Positions 22,251 to 35,130 of a stretch of DNA of 64,000 nt are shown piece by piece. A model generated the notes under the pieces. That model was not told the DNA's origin. It ran no database searches and saw only the letters and a program-made list of their open reading frames with translations. The DNA lies in assembly GCA_964188305.1 (NCBI GenBank), contig OZ076890.1; one strand, written 5' to 3'. The translations under genes were made by a program, and so were the position numbers. Within the stretch, counting starts at the first letter, position 1; the number at the start of each line of letters is the position of its first letter. This DNA comes from Podarcis bocagei. Taxonomy: Eukaryota.

Positions 22251-23860
22251 AAACATAAATTCACTGTCTCTACCACCCTTTGCTTACACTTCTGGTGTGC
22301 ATATGCCCCCAAAATATAGGAGGGTGCATTGTGTCAGAGGCAGAATATTAAAGAATAAAAACCCCTGGTTACCTTACCTTGGATATTGGCTGTAAAGTGC
22401 TGTTTAAATTGGCACAACTTGGGGCCTGATATGTAAAGGCTTTCATATTTGTACCTGTGATTAGTTTTGGAGGACATTATAGAGAACTTGCAAATCATTA
22501 AGAGAGCTTGAAATGCCTTACAGATGCCTAATATTGGACCATCCAGGTGGCTTAAAGATAATTTTGCTGCACATGAACAGCTGCTTTAGTCTGAAGGCTT
22601 CACCTGCCACAGTAATATTTGAGGTTGGGGGAGCAGAGAGTAGACAGTATTCTAGTCCAGCAAATGACCATGCTGTGCTGCTTATGTGAGTAGAGGTCCA
22701 GTGTACCTCTTAGCAAGGCTAATTTTGTCATGTGATCAGTCCAGCGTAGGGCCTTTGGATCTATGTTTCATAACGTGAAATGGTTAAGAGACTGCAATTG
22801 CTATTTAAAAGTAGCAGTGAAAATGCTGCAGAAAAATGAGGAAGTAACACGTCAGCACATATTCTTGTATTTAATGTGTTGGTAAATCATGCTCCAGATC
22901 ACATTTATTGTTTGAAAATGTGCTCCAGGCAAGCTAAAGTTACTTGATAATAGGCTGTGTTTTTACTTCTCTGCTGGTTTGCTGCATTTGAAAAGGGACC
23001 ATATTTTGGATTCTTAAGTTCGTTGTTGATATTGTTACTTATTGAATTTTGTATCACCTGCACCAAAGTTTCTATGTGTGTTACAGCATACAAAATAGGA
23101 AACCCAATTAAAAATCCCTACGTGCAATTGCATGAGAATGCCAATAGCCTACTCTTCCATTATGCATATGAAAAAAGGAACTTCCCCATCCAAATTAACA
23201 AAAATGAAAACCCCAAGAAACAGTATTAAAAGCTGTTGTCAAGAGGAAGAAGTTAACTCTAAACCTCTAAAAACTGTGCCACTGCTAAAATGTACAAAAC
23301 AAAGCCTGGGAAGAAAGAATATATTTTTCTTTCTGTTGCTGAAAAGATTGCACAAAAGACACCAGGCGAGCGTCTCTCGGGGGGACCGTTTCATAGGCTG
23401 GAGGCCAGATATAGTCAGGTTTTGCTGCTTCAAAACGTAATTTCAAAATAGATTTCTTTCTTGGGACTTATGTTGGCAAAACAGATATAATGAACATATT
23501 TGAAGAAAGAGTGATAATTTCTCAGGGTGCACTTGGTTGGATTCACCTATCTGTTCAGGGCTCTGGAAGGTAATGTGCAGAAGTGGTGTACTGGTTTGCT
23601 TACCTGTCTTTGTTAGTTCAGCCCTTATTAACTCATCGCTAATGTCAGTTTTTCATTTAAAAAGAATATTCTACTTGCTAACGAAATAAGAAAAGTTATT
23701 TATGTAGGGTGCAACTTAACCAAATGATAACCTAATTCTAATGGGTCTGTCGTTGCATGATGCTGAGCTTTGTTTCTTTCTAAAGTTAGTGGGAAATTGG
23801 AAAGGATACACCCAGTTGCCTTTTAGCAGAGTTTGCCATTTGAAAGAATTTTCTGACAAC

Positions 23861-23980
23861 AACAACTTGTTTGACTTACTAGTCACTTACTACAAAAAAT
23901 ATCTTCAGCGACATACAAAAAACAACTTATTTGACTTACTAGTCACTTACTACAGAAAATATCTTCAGCGACATACAAAA
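23861..23980. repeat. Tandem duplication, 2 x 60 bp, 2 mismatches
   Basis: aacaacttgtttgacttactagtcacttactacaaaaaatatcttcagcgacatacaaaa repeated head-to-tail. Confidence 0.95.
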
Positions 23981-25956
23981 AGCTTCCAAGCCCAAATAAG
24001 TAAATTAGAATAAAAAAGTGAATCTCCTTTCTTAATGGAAAAAAGGAGGTGTGAAGTTGAATGCTTTGATCTTTAACAGAAGATAGATTTTACTCCCAAG
24101 CAAATGGTTTTCCCACTAGGCTGTCCCAGAGCTGGCATTAGCTGGCAATTTCCCTAAATATAAAACAATGAAACAAAAGCATTTGTTCATGTTGTCGTGA
24201 AGCTATTATGTTGCGGTTTGGCTGCCAAACTTGGCAATTTTGCAATCATTATTCCACTCTGGGCTCACTTCCTAGCAATCTGGTGGGTTTTCGGGGTTTG
24301 GATTACAAGATTGGTGACAATATCCATGGCCAAATTTGTTCTAATGCAGACGGGATTAGTTTTATTCTTGGATATTCATTTGTATGTCGTAAGGTGAATA
24401 TTGTGTCAAGTAACATTATATGTTAGTAAGATTTTTAATTTCTGTAGGAAAAAATGACAGCTTTCATGTGTTTACTTTTTAGCTTTAAGTATTAGGACTA
24501 TGTAAGATGAATTTCTTGCATGCAAATCACTTTTCTGTGGGGGCCAAATGTGTAAATTGTATGTCAAGAACGCACAAACATGTTTGTTTCCCTGTTTTGT
24601 GTATCTAATTGAAACCTAATTTGGAACAGATGCAGAGGGCACAAATGGGAACTCGTGTGCCTTTTAAACTGTACATTGGCAAAGTAGATAAGGTCCTATA
24701 TTTTTAAATGGTGAAGTTCATGCGTGTTGCTTCTTCACTTCCGATTGAAATAACTGTAAAGAATGGTTATATATATATCACATAGCTGGATTTTCCTTGC
24801 TCTTTTTCATTATAATCCTGAACCTTATGTGGATTTTATGATTCACAACTTTGTCTTACGCATGTGGTTTAGAAGGTGTATAGCTAGATCCAAGAGGAGG
24901 GAGCAGAAATAAATAATTCAGAATGTTCTTTACTAATTGATCTCAATAGATGAGCGTTGTAGAGTTGAAAGCAAAGCTTAGTTTAACACAGAGAGGGTAA
25001 GTTCTTGTGAATGATACACACATAAACATGTCACTTTTTCATTATTAAATGATTCATAGAACAACACATGCTGGAAACAGTTGCCAATTAAGCATACTAA
25101 TTTTAGTAACTACTAATGTTCTGATCAATTTTAAAATATTGAACTATTGCAGGGTGGAAAATGTCAGTACAGCTGAGCTGGCTGCCCCTCCCCCCAAAAC
25201 AGTTTTCACTCCATTGAAGCTTTGTAAATTAAAGTTTATACCTAAATAACTGACTGAAGACTATGTTGATATATCCAGTGAGGTTCATCCAGTTGTCTCG
25301 GTTTATCCACTTATCTCAGAGGACGAAATCGAAATAATTTCCTTTTGTTTGTTTGTTTTCTAACTGGAAATGTGCTTTGGTTCCTTGGTACACAGGAGCA
25401 CCAAAAAAGGCCTGTGTGTCCTTGGGCTGAACAAGAGATGGGGAGGTGATATGTATTTATTTTCCCTTTCTCTTCAGGAATATTGCCTCTTTTGTACATC
25501 ATAACCCGTGGGCCATATATCCCCACTCGACATTTTCAGTGGGCTGTAGAGAGCCCTTGACAGTTGACACTTTTAAAAACTGACTTTTAAAAATCCCATA
25601 TTTTTACCTCATGTGGACTTGTAGTCTTGCCCCTATGCCTCTGGGCTACTTTTGAGTTATTTTTGCCCTCAAATCTGCTCAGCTTCCAATCAGTAGCCTT
25701 CAATGCTCACAGGGCTTTCAGAGCCCTTGTGAAAATTTCATGTGGCTGTTTCTGGGAGCTGCAGTGCTTTGGCTACCAATAGGAGCCATCATGACTAGTC
25801 ATTCATAAACTACTGAAAGTATCACTGTGTTAGCTCTCCTTCTCTGCTTATCAGATACAGAGTCCCCCTCCCCCCAAAAACTTCCAAAATATAAAAATCA
25901 TTCTGTTTTCAGGGGGCATCTCTGTTAAGGAAGGAATCCCTGCTCTTTATCTATTT

Positions 25957-26273
25957 CAGTGGTTCACAAACATTCTCCCCCCCACGGACCACAATTGTCT
26001 TGTAGCAGGTAATGTGCTTTGCTCGATGTAGCATGATTTTTAATTGCATTTTTATTCCTTCTTTTATTCCTTATACTGCATTTTGTTGTTTTATAATCTA
26101 TATTCCGTAGAATTCAAATTGTATTGCAGTAAAATATATTATATGAAATAAAAGAAGCAGTAAAAATATAATTTAAAAATGAATATGAATATTTAATGTT
26201 GTCATGCTGCAGGCCACCTAAATGAAGCTCACATACCACTGGTGGACCATAGACCACTGTTTGGGAACCCCTG
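25957..26273. mobile_element. Old hAT (Charlie-like) MITE
   Basis: cagtggttcacaaac ... gtttgggaacccctg termini; degenerate 8-bp flanks atctattt / ggctatct. Confidence 0.6.
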
Positions 26274-27741
26274 GGCTATCTGAATTCTTAGTACTCATTC
26301 CTTCTCTTTCTTTCCAGCACTGTAGTATATGTCACTTTCAAGAAAACATGTGGCTCAATCCAAAGTACGAAAATTTTAAAGCCAGTGATCATTGATCTGA
26401 GAAAGCATAGCTGCCCATGAAGTAAATGCTGTGTCATCAGTTGTTTTGAAACTTCTGTATATTTTCTGAAGTGTTTTTATTTGTAGCATGGAGGAGGGCT
26501 CTTAAATTGTTAGCTTTGTTCATTGTGACCTTTGAATAGAAATTTTAAACTAAAAAAAAAAAGGTATATGGAAATAAGCAAAATAAGCATAGAACATACT
26601 ATAAACTGGACAATGCCGTAAACATTGGGAAATGTTATTTCAGGTTACGAGAAGCATTCCTAGGTGTAATAGTCACAGTTTATACAGCCAGGTGATAATC
26701 TGGTGCTGCTATTAAATGCTGTTGAGTTGCTCAGCCATCTTAATAGCTCCTCTGTTATATTTTACCTATTTTGGCTTTTTAAAATGTGGACATTTCTATA
26801 GAAAAAAAAGTTAGTTAAACATAAGATATGGAATTATTAGTTAATGGAGATTAGTGACAGAAACATGAGTACAATGTGTTCATTAATGTAAATGTCATAA
26901 AATCAAGAAGATGTGGCCATATGGCCATAAAACAGATTAGAGGAATGGCTGGATATTGCCATTATTCCTTACTAGTAAAATTCCTTGCTTGCATGTAAAA
27001 AAGGGTGTTGCCTGTCCTTTATTGAAAGATAGTGTTCTGAGTTAGATGGACAGTTGACATGACCTAGCATGGCTGGTCTTAAATAGAAGCTCTCTTAAAA
27101 CTTAATTATGTGGTTTACATGAGAAGCGTCATTGGATCTGAACCTCCACTTTAATCAGTACCCAACAGTTCTCTTATGCTTTTTAGGTTAACCTTGAGCT
27201 TGACGAAAAGCTGCTGTGTAGCACTTCTATTATGCAGGCTCTTTGATATGGTGCTGAATTGTGGCTTTCAGTACACACAGGGTTAAGTGAAAAGGTTATA
27301 GTAATCTAGTGTGCATTTTCCCTTTTTTTTTAATGTGCTCATTAGCAGTGACAAGTCCAAGTTTTAGCCCATGTCAGTAATTTACATTTCATTGCTAAGT
27401 GACTGCTCTTGTTCAAGGGCTCTTTCTAAGGCTGTTGAACATACTTGTATTGGGAATAAACAGAGTAGAAGAATTGAAAGCCAAATATCCTGCCAGGCTT
27501 TTCAGTAGGTTCTGAAGTTTCCAGTAGATCACTGATTAGCAGTGCGTGGAGCCATACGAAAATAAAAAGATAATGCCTATAAAAATTATCACAGGTAGGC
27601 TGTCGTATTTTAAAACTCCTTTTGTTGCTACCTTTACTGTCATCCTCCCTAAATTCCTCTCTCCTGCCAGGCCTTCTCTCAATGTGAAACTACAGCATAT
27701 TTGAGACAAAGCAAGAGAACAATGCCTTGTGCACCAGGCTC

Positions 27742-27788
<47 letters not shown>

Positions 27789-29574
27789 ATACACCTCCCC
27801 AACTATTAAGCAAAGTCTGATTGTTATGAGGACTGAGGAAACAAAGGACTTGATGGGTTTTGCAGTGCTCTGGGATCAAATTATAAAGCTTTGAGATCCT
27901 GTGAATTCCTGCCTTGGGACTCACGTTTCCCATTCTTTGCGATGCGCACCAGCTTGTTGCAGCATTCTTAATTTGAAGGGATGCACGCGATGGAGAAGAC
28001 AAATGGCGGGACTAGAGGGGCAACATGGTGTAGTAATGGTGCTCTGAGCATGTCAGTTGCCAATCTCTATATAGACATTGCCAGCTGTGGCAAACATTCA
28101 CACAGTTTTGTCTGATAAGGGTTGCTGTCAAGCTGAACAACAGAGAATGTGTGTGTGTGTGTGTGTCTGTGTGTGTCTGTGTGTGTGTGTGTATAAAACC
28201 ATCATCATTCTAATATAGACATGCCTTTCACCCCAGTTCAGATATTAATGTCAGCCAGTTAAGTTTCCTTTCTTGCAAAAACAGGATCCAGGCTATTGCT
28301 ACTATAGTATATTGTCTGAACATGGAAAATATTCAAAGAGGAAAACAAGATTTAAGTTTAAAGAGAGCCAAGCGGGGATACTTCCACATCTTGAAGTTAG
28401 GCACCAAAAATGTATGGCAACTTTGTATGGCAAATGTATGGCAAGGAGATTGAGCCTCCTCTTTGGGTAAAATATATACATCAGAAGGTCAGTGAGGTGA
28501 CAGCAATGAATTGTTTCATTTCAGGTGGTTGTTAAAAGAACCATCACTTTAAGAACTGGTACATGAACTTACTTTTTTCCTCATCCCTCCTCTCTCCTTT
28601 TTCCTTCTGTCATGTTTTTAAGATTGTAAGTTATCAGGGGCTATCTTACTACTGATCTTTGTAAGCTGGGACCTTTTCAGCTAAAAAACAAGGTGGCATA
28701 CTTTAAACAAACTGATTTGTGTGTGTGTTAATCTAATTAAAAATTATGGTCATGACTGTTTTCATTGCATAAATTACAGCATTTGACAAAGGTACTAATT
28801 TGCTGGTTTATTCCCAATAATAGATAATATACAAAGTAAGACAGGCTAATTTTTTTGGCCTATTTTTTGGGAAAATATTTTTAAGAAATATTTTAGCTTT
28901 CAAATTGTACAGAGTGTTGCTTCTGCCTAAGGCTGTTCAGTTTAGTTTGAATCCAAGTGGTTACTTTACCTGCTTTACTGAAAGTGGCAAACCCTCTTCT
29001 GAAATGAGTGGGAACAGGAATGAGAACACTTATTATTAACTTTGTTACTGGCAGCTACACATTCCTCATATGACATTAGGAACTAAACTTCCTGGCAAGA
29101 CAGGAATTTGAACTTGGATCTACCAGTTGCAAAACCAATGTTTTAACCATTTAAAGCACATAAATTAGCAGTTAGATAGTCTGGTATAAAGTGTTGTTTC
29201 AGAAGTTGATATTTATCCTCCTGGCAGCAGATCACCAAGGTCTCAAGACTTTGGGCTTTGCTAGCTGATCTATTTTAACTGGAGAATGCCGGAGACTGAG
29301 TCAGGGACCTTCTCCATTCATCCTCCTGCTATTCATGTGGTTAATCTTGCCACTTTCAGACTTTGATTTGCTCTGTCTTCAGAACCATGATCTAGAGCAG
29401 GGTTACCTACCATCTTCTGCTAGGAACAAGTAGATACCTTGTTGAATTCCGAGTGCCATAATTAGAAGTGTATCCTGACCACATGGTAATTCATGCATAT
29501 CAAACGGCATGGGAGAATCATGTGGGTCCTTTCACATGTGAGTTGATGCCAAAATAAATTGGTTAGTTTTTAAA

Positions 29575-29730
29575 ATAGGAACATAGGAAGCTCAGTATTG
29601 TCTTTAGTGATTAGAAGTGGTTCACCAGGATTTCAGACAGGGATCTTTCCCAGCCCTACGAAGAGAGGCGGGATTGAATCTGGGGCCTTTTGAATATAAA
29701 GTACACGCTCTACTACTCAGTTACGGCCTC
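29575..29730 (-). mobile_element. Degenerate tRNA-derived SINE
   Basis: gggattgaatctggggcc...gctctactactcagttacggcc (reverse-complement A/B boxes) with aggaacataggaag tail. Confidence 0.5.
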
Positions 29731-31994
29731 TTTTCCCATTGTGTTAGCTTTGAAATTGTTAAACTTGAAGCACAAAAAACCTCAAGACTTTCTCTTAGAA
29801 AGCATATTGAGTTTTAAGACATAATAATGTTAACTTTTTACATGCATGAGGATATTTAGTTCATTATAATCTTTCACCATTGCTTGTGCCTGCAGCTGCA
29901 GGTGTGCAACATTTTTTAAATTTGCAAACAAAATGTTGTTGTTCAGAACAGGTTCCTTTACTGTGGTAGTACTCTGCTTTCGGCCACGGGCCAGCCAGAT
30001 GCCTTCAGAAGTTCACAAGCTTGGGCATGAAGATGGTGGCCTCAGAAGGGAGGCATGTCTTCCTCACTCAAAGGACCAAGCCGTAAAACGTGAACCATAG
30101 CTAATAGCTGTTAATAGATATGTTGTCTGCTGTTTTTGCCTAGCTGTCATGCACTTTGTAAATGTATGTCTGGCCAATACCATTCCAGACTGCAGCTCAT
30201 ATGACTGAATGATTCTCCAAACAAAAATCTCCTCCATATTTGAAAAAAAAGCTGTTACATGGAGACATCGAATCCTAAGTTAGCCTTCTCTTTTGCATTC
30301 TTGTTTGTTATTTCAAGGGCCCCCTCTTTCCCTGTATGGAACAGCGTTATGATGTGAGCCCCCCTCACTGGTGGTCTGGAGTGATGCAGCCCAGACACTC
30401 CTTTACTTCTTCAGTGAAAACTATATCTTGGTTCAATCCTCCCTTCTTTTAAAAAACAAGACCGTGACTTGTTTTTAAAAAGAACAAGTAATATACAAGT
30501 CACACATGTATATTAGGATCCATCTGTATATTGAGGCAAAATCCACCAAGCAATAGATTTACAAATATTACGTTGCTCTGATTTGAAGAGCAGAAAATAA
30601 TTTCTTTGAAACTTAACATGGTACAAAGCATGGCTTTTCCTACCTTCCTCTCTCTTTCCTTCTCCTGCCATTGGCCTTGCCTGACATAAAAAGTTAAATG
30701 TCTACCTGGAGTTATTTATCACTACGCTGGTGTCTTTATTTAAAATTCCTTTATTTTTAGTATTCTTAATCTGTGGTGCTGTACTTTTTGGTGAGGTGGG
30801 AATGTATATAAGCAGCAGTGAAGCAGAAAACTGTTACAGAGGTAGTTAGTTACCTACAATGTTGGCAGACAAGGGTGTAATCCAATTGAATAAAGCAGGA
30901 CTAACTGCCAAGTAAACATTCATAGGACCAAGGTTGAAAACTCAAAACATAAACTGAGGTAAAATTATGAATTAACTTGCTGTGATATGCAGTCAACTTT
31001 TGCTATTAATTTAGTGGCTTCTCACAGAATATGCTTAGTTATTGTGCTTTGTAAAGAGCTGAGCTTTGAGAATAGTGCACTCAATACCTGCATTAGTAAA
31101 TGATAATTCCTGATATGAATTGAAGCAAACAAATGTTCTTGGCAACTAATGAATTGTAGGTTTTACTGAGGCTTACATGCTAAATTCTAGTGTTGAAATT
31201 TAGGCTGTTGGTTATGACTGTTCATCTTCAGACTGGCATCATTTTGGCTTTATTTTGTTACTTAGAGCTAGACAAAACACTTCTTAATAGTCATTTCAGT
31301 GCTTGATAAACTTCAAGGTTCATTGCTTCTGTACATTTTTCAAATTATTAGCTTCTTAATGCATATGGCTTTAATTTACCCCCTACTGATATTCTTAAAT
31401 GGGTTTTCAAGAATTTTGAAAGTGGACTACTATAGTTATGCGTCCACTCTTGGCCCTGATTGCTGACACAGAATTTCTTAAGTAGTCTCCACAATTAACA
31501 GGATGGAAGTTCAAACAGTTCTACTGCAAAAGCTCAAGATTCCCTTGAAAACAGATTTGTATTTGGTTTCCTGTAGTGTGTTTGCTCCATTTATTTCTAA
31601 TGAGTTGCCAGAAGCTTCTGAGAGTGCTTCCTCTTCTGCAAAAAGACATTTAAGTGTGATTATCTACTAATGTCACAACATTTTTTTTCTGTTCTTAAAA
31701 GATGAATTCTGTATAAAATGTGGGAAATGTGTGTTATTTGAAAGGGGATTTATAATTTAAAAATCTATTTCTATCATACAAGCAGCACAAGACTTTTCTC
31801 CCCACCCCCTCCATTGAAAAAACAAACAAACCACAGTGCATTTTTAACAATCTTTTGCCAGTGTTTGTCAGAGATATTCCTTGTTTTACTTGCCCTGGAA
31901 ATTTAAAGGAAACCCTTTTCAATTATGAGCAGTTTTGCATATGTAATATGTAGATCCACAGCTGATTGAGCAACTTTATCCCATGAGTGCCCAT

Positions 31995-33000
31995 TAACCT
32001 TGAGGGAGGTCCCCAATGAAGTGCCACAAGACAGTCTTGCGCCCTCTACTGTTTAGCATCTTTATAAATGTCTTGGATGGAGGAGAGGGGGTGCTTAGCA
32101 GATGTGCAGATGAAGCTGCAAGGAGTAGCTTACACTATGAAAGAGAGAATGAGGATTGAAAATGAACTTGACTTGTTGGAAGTACTGACTTGGCAGTATT
32201 GAAACTACAAGACAAAATTCAACTGAGATAAATGTGTAAAATCCTGCATTTAGGTATCCGTAAACAGCATTTCCGTGCGCTGCTCTGGTTTCACCAGAAG
32301 CGGCTTAGTCATGCTGGCCACATGACCCAGAAGAACTGTCTGTGGACAAACACCGGCTCCCTTGGCCAGTAAAGCGAGATGAGCGCCGCAACCCCAGAGT
32401 CTGGACTTAACTGTCAGGGGTCTTTTACCTTTTTTTAACCAAAGGACACAAATGTGGAAGACCAGGTTTGGCAGAAGCACATGAGAATAGGATATATTTG
32501 TCTTAGCTGATTGTAAGCTGAACATGAGCTAGCAGTCTAATGTCGCTGCTACCCCCCCCCCCCCCGCAATCCACATTTTAAGGAGAGCAACAGGGGATAT
32601 GTATTCAGGGAGTGGCAACCAGGATGGTGAAAGGTCTGAAAATCACGTCCCATGAATAACAGGGGTGTGTTTAGCTTGGAGAAGAGAGTATTAAAGGAGA
32701 GACAAACAAGTGATACTGTACTCAAATTGCAGAAGGGGTGTCGTATGGAATAGGCTTGTACTTTATTGCTCCAGAAGGCAAAGCCAGTGGGTAGAAATCT
32801 CAAGGAAGAAGATTTCAGCTAAACATTAGGACAGATGTGCCAGTGGTAAGAATTGTTTGATGATGGAGCAAACAGGTCACGGGAGGTATTTAAGTAGAAA
32901 TGCTGTAGCTTCATCATGCATTGCAGACCATGCCCTGAGCATGGGTTGAACTGAATGATCTTAACGGTGCCTCCCAACCCTATAATTTGGTGGTTCTATA
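31995..33000 (+). mobile_element. Old CR1 LINE 3' portion (RT remnants and 3' UTR), interrupted by a Sauria SINE
   Basis: gtgccacaag...ctgtttagcatctttataaat; aaatcctgcatttagg; tttagcttggagaagag; ctaaacattagg; cctcccaacc...ttctat end. Confidence 0.8.
32251..32436 (+). mobile_element. Sauria SINE 3' half nested in CR1
   Basis: gtaaacagcatttccgtgcgctgctctgg...gtcaggggtcttttaccttt, reverse complement of the 10188 copy. Confidence 0.88.
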
Positions 33001-33036
33001 TTGTGGAAATAACCATTTTTGTGAAAACATCGATTC

Positions 33037-33172
33037 TAAGAGCCCTGCTGGATCAGGCCAATGGCCCATCTAGTCCAGCATCCTGTTCTCACAGTGGCCA
33101 ACCAGCAAGCAGGATTTGAGGACAAGAGCACTTTCTCCCCTCCTGTGGTTTCTAGCAACTGGTATTCAGAAG
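33037..33172 (-). mobile_element. CR1-type 3' end fragment
   Basis: ctgctggatcaggccaatggcccatctagtccagcatcctgttctcacagtggccaacc. Confidence 0.55.
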
Positions 33173-33599
33173 CCAGTTCCTGAGCTGCTACAAGAGGACC
33201 TCTGCTCAGGCTCCATTCACCTGTCTGTGAACTTTGCGAGAGAATCTCAAGTGTTCAAGTGGTGTTGCTGCTCTAGGGATGCCTTTTCTGGACAGTGACC
33301 AATGTGAGAAAGCGCCTGTGATTCCCTCCTGCAGAAAGATGCAAGTGGTGCACCAGGGAATGCCAGTTGATTGAACATGGCATCCATCAAGAGTGCCTGT
33401 GTACATGTTTTTTCTCCTAGGTTTCCTTGACCTGTTAGTTGAACTACTGACCAGCTGTTCACCCACGTCTTTTTCACTTACCAGAGGTTCATTGTCTTTA
33501 AAGCCTTGTCATTTTTCTCTTCTTCTTCTGACATTTTATTAATGATTGCCCTTATTAGTAGCTTCTTGTGCTGTTTATGCCCCAAAGTATTTATCAGTA

Positions 33600-33637
33600 T
33601 TACTACTACTACTACTTCTACTACTACTACTACTACT
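33600..33637. repeat. (TAC)n microsatellite
   Basis: Directly visible. Confidence 0.9.
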
Positions 33638-34527
33638 GAATTAATCAATTGCATTTATTTTCTGCCAAGGAGCTCATTGGAAGTAATCACTTCCAAAATA
33701 TCACTGATCAAAATACTAAATCATATTTCAAATGAAAGTTCTACTTCATAGAGCTAGGGGAACACGTCCCAGAATCACCAGAAAAGTTTTCTTCCTGTAC
33801 CTCCCATTACACTTTTGATAGAAGCTTAACAGCAAGTTGACAAAGATTTATTTGCAATTTTTTATCTGAAGCATATGGGCAAAGCTTCTGAAGAGGAGAT
33901 TGCAGGGCAGTCTCCATATATCTTTGCCAGGGCTTTTCTCAAGGTTGACATGTCATCTTCTGATGCTTGAGCTAATGAAGTATTCACTGGGCTGTGTTCT
34001 TACAAGCTCATTTTTCTTTCTTTCTTTAATTATTTTCTCTTGGTCGTCCTTGAGTTGGGTGCCTTCTACTGCACATAATTTAGCTCATAGACCAGCAGAT
34101 TAGGTGCTGTCTGCCTCACTGCCACTCTACCCACTGCTTTTAGTTTTCGTATGAGATGACTAAGGGTTGCCCTCTGTCACTCCTTGTCCTCTCCTCTCCT
34201 CCCCTCACCCACCTACTTAATTCACCATTGATTTTGCTACTAATCTGCCCCTCACCCTGAGGAAAGGGGTCCTTCCTTAGAGTAAGGTTGCCTAGGTACT
34301 GCCACTGGTTTGCCACCTCGGTGTGTCAATAATTTTACATCCATATGAGTATTTGTGTATTCCATTTTTGCCTGTGACTCACAGTACAGCTTTTTCCTGA
34401 AGATGCAATGGTCAACTTGACTGGGGATGCTTTCATTGGGCTGTTGGAGTTGTTCTCTCTCTCCTTCCCAATTAAAAACAGGGGGGTTGCTACGTTTTTA
34501 AGATAATGTACTTGTTCAGTGGAAGAA

Positions 34528-35130
34528 TTGTTGGCCTCTGTCTATCTCAAGAGACTATGGAGTACACCTCTGGGGGTGAAGTCAAACTGCTGCATTAGTA
34601 GCACCAAAGTGACCTGCCCGGGGCGCAAGCCTGGGCAGTGTGTATGGAGGTATTGGGCTGCCCAGATAACAAGACCTCTTTCTTAGCCTTGTGGATGTGG
34701 TCCAAAACAAAGCAGAGCAATACATTTGGCACTAGCTTGGCTGCAGGAGTTGCCAAAAGGAGGTGTACAAGACGCCATCCAACCCTCTTACGGACTCTAC
34801 TCCAGATTTGTGTAGGGTTTACTCCTTAGCCTTTTCTCCTCCTGATTATATCTTGCAAGGCAGGGGAGGTTTCAGATCCAAGCTTTTCACATCTTAAGTG
34901 GACTACCTTCTTTGGTGGACTAGCCCCATCTGCCCCTCACTTCCCTCTACCACACGTGCAGAAACCGCCTTCTTGACAATTGGACCCACTTTCTTGTTCG
35001 CTCAATCTGCCAGAGCCTGTCTTCACATGCAGGGCAAGGCTTTGAGACCCATCAGCTGCCGCCTTCTGGTTTAGCCAGCCAGTCAAAGCCATTCCCAGGG
35101 TGCGGCCGCTGTTGCATGCTGACGGGTTTA
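34528..35130 (-). mobile_element. RTE-derived non-autonomous (internally deleted, bipartite) element
   Basis: ttgttggcctctgtctatctcaagagactatgg resembles a reverse RTE 3' end with CAA tail, joined to a GC-richer 5'UTR-like block; no ORF. Confidence 0.55.
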
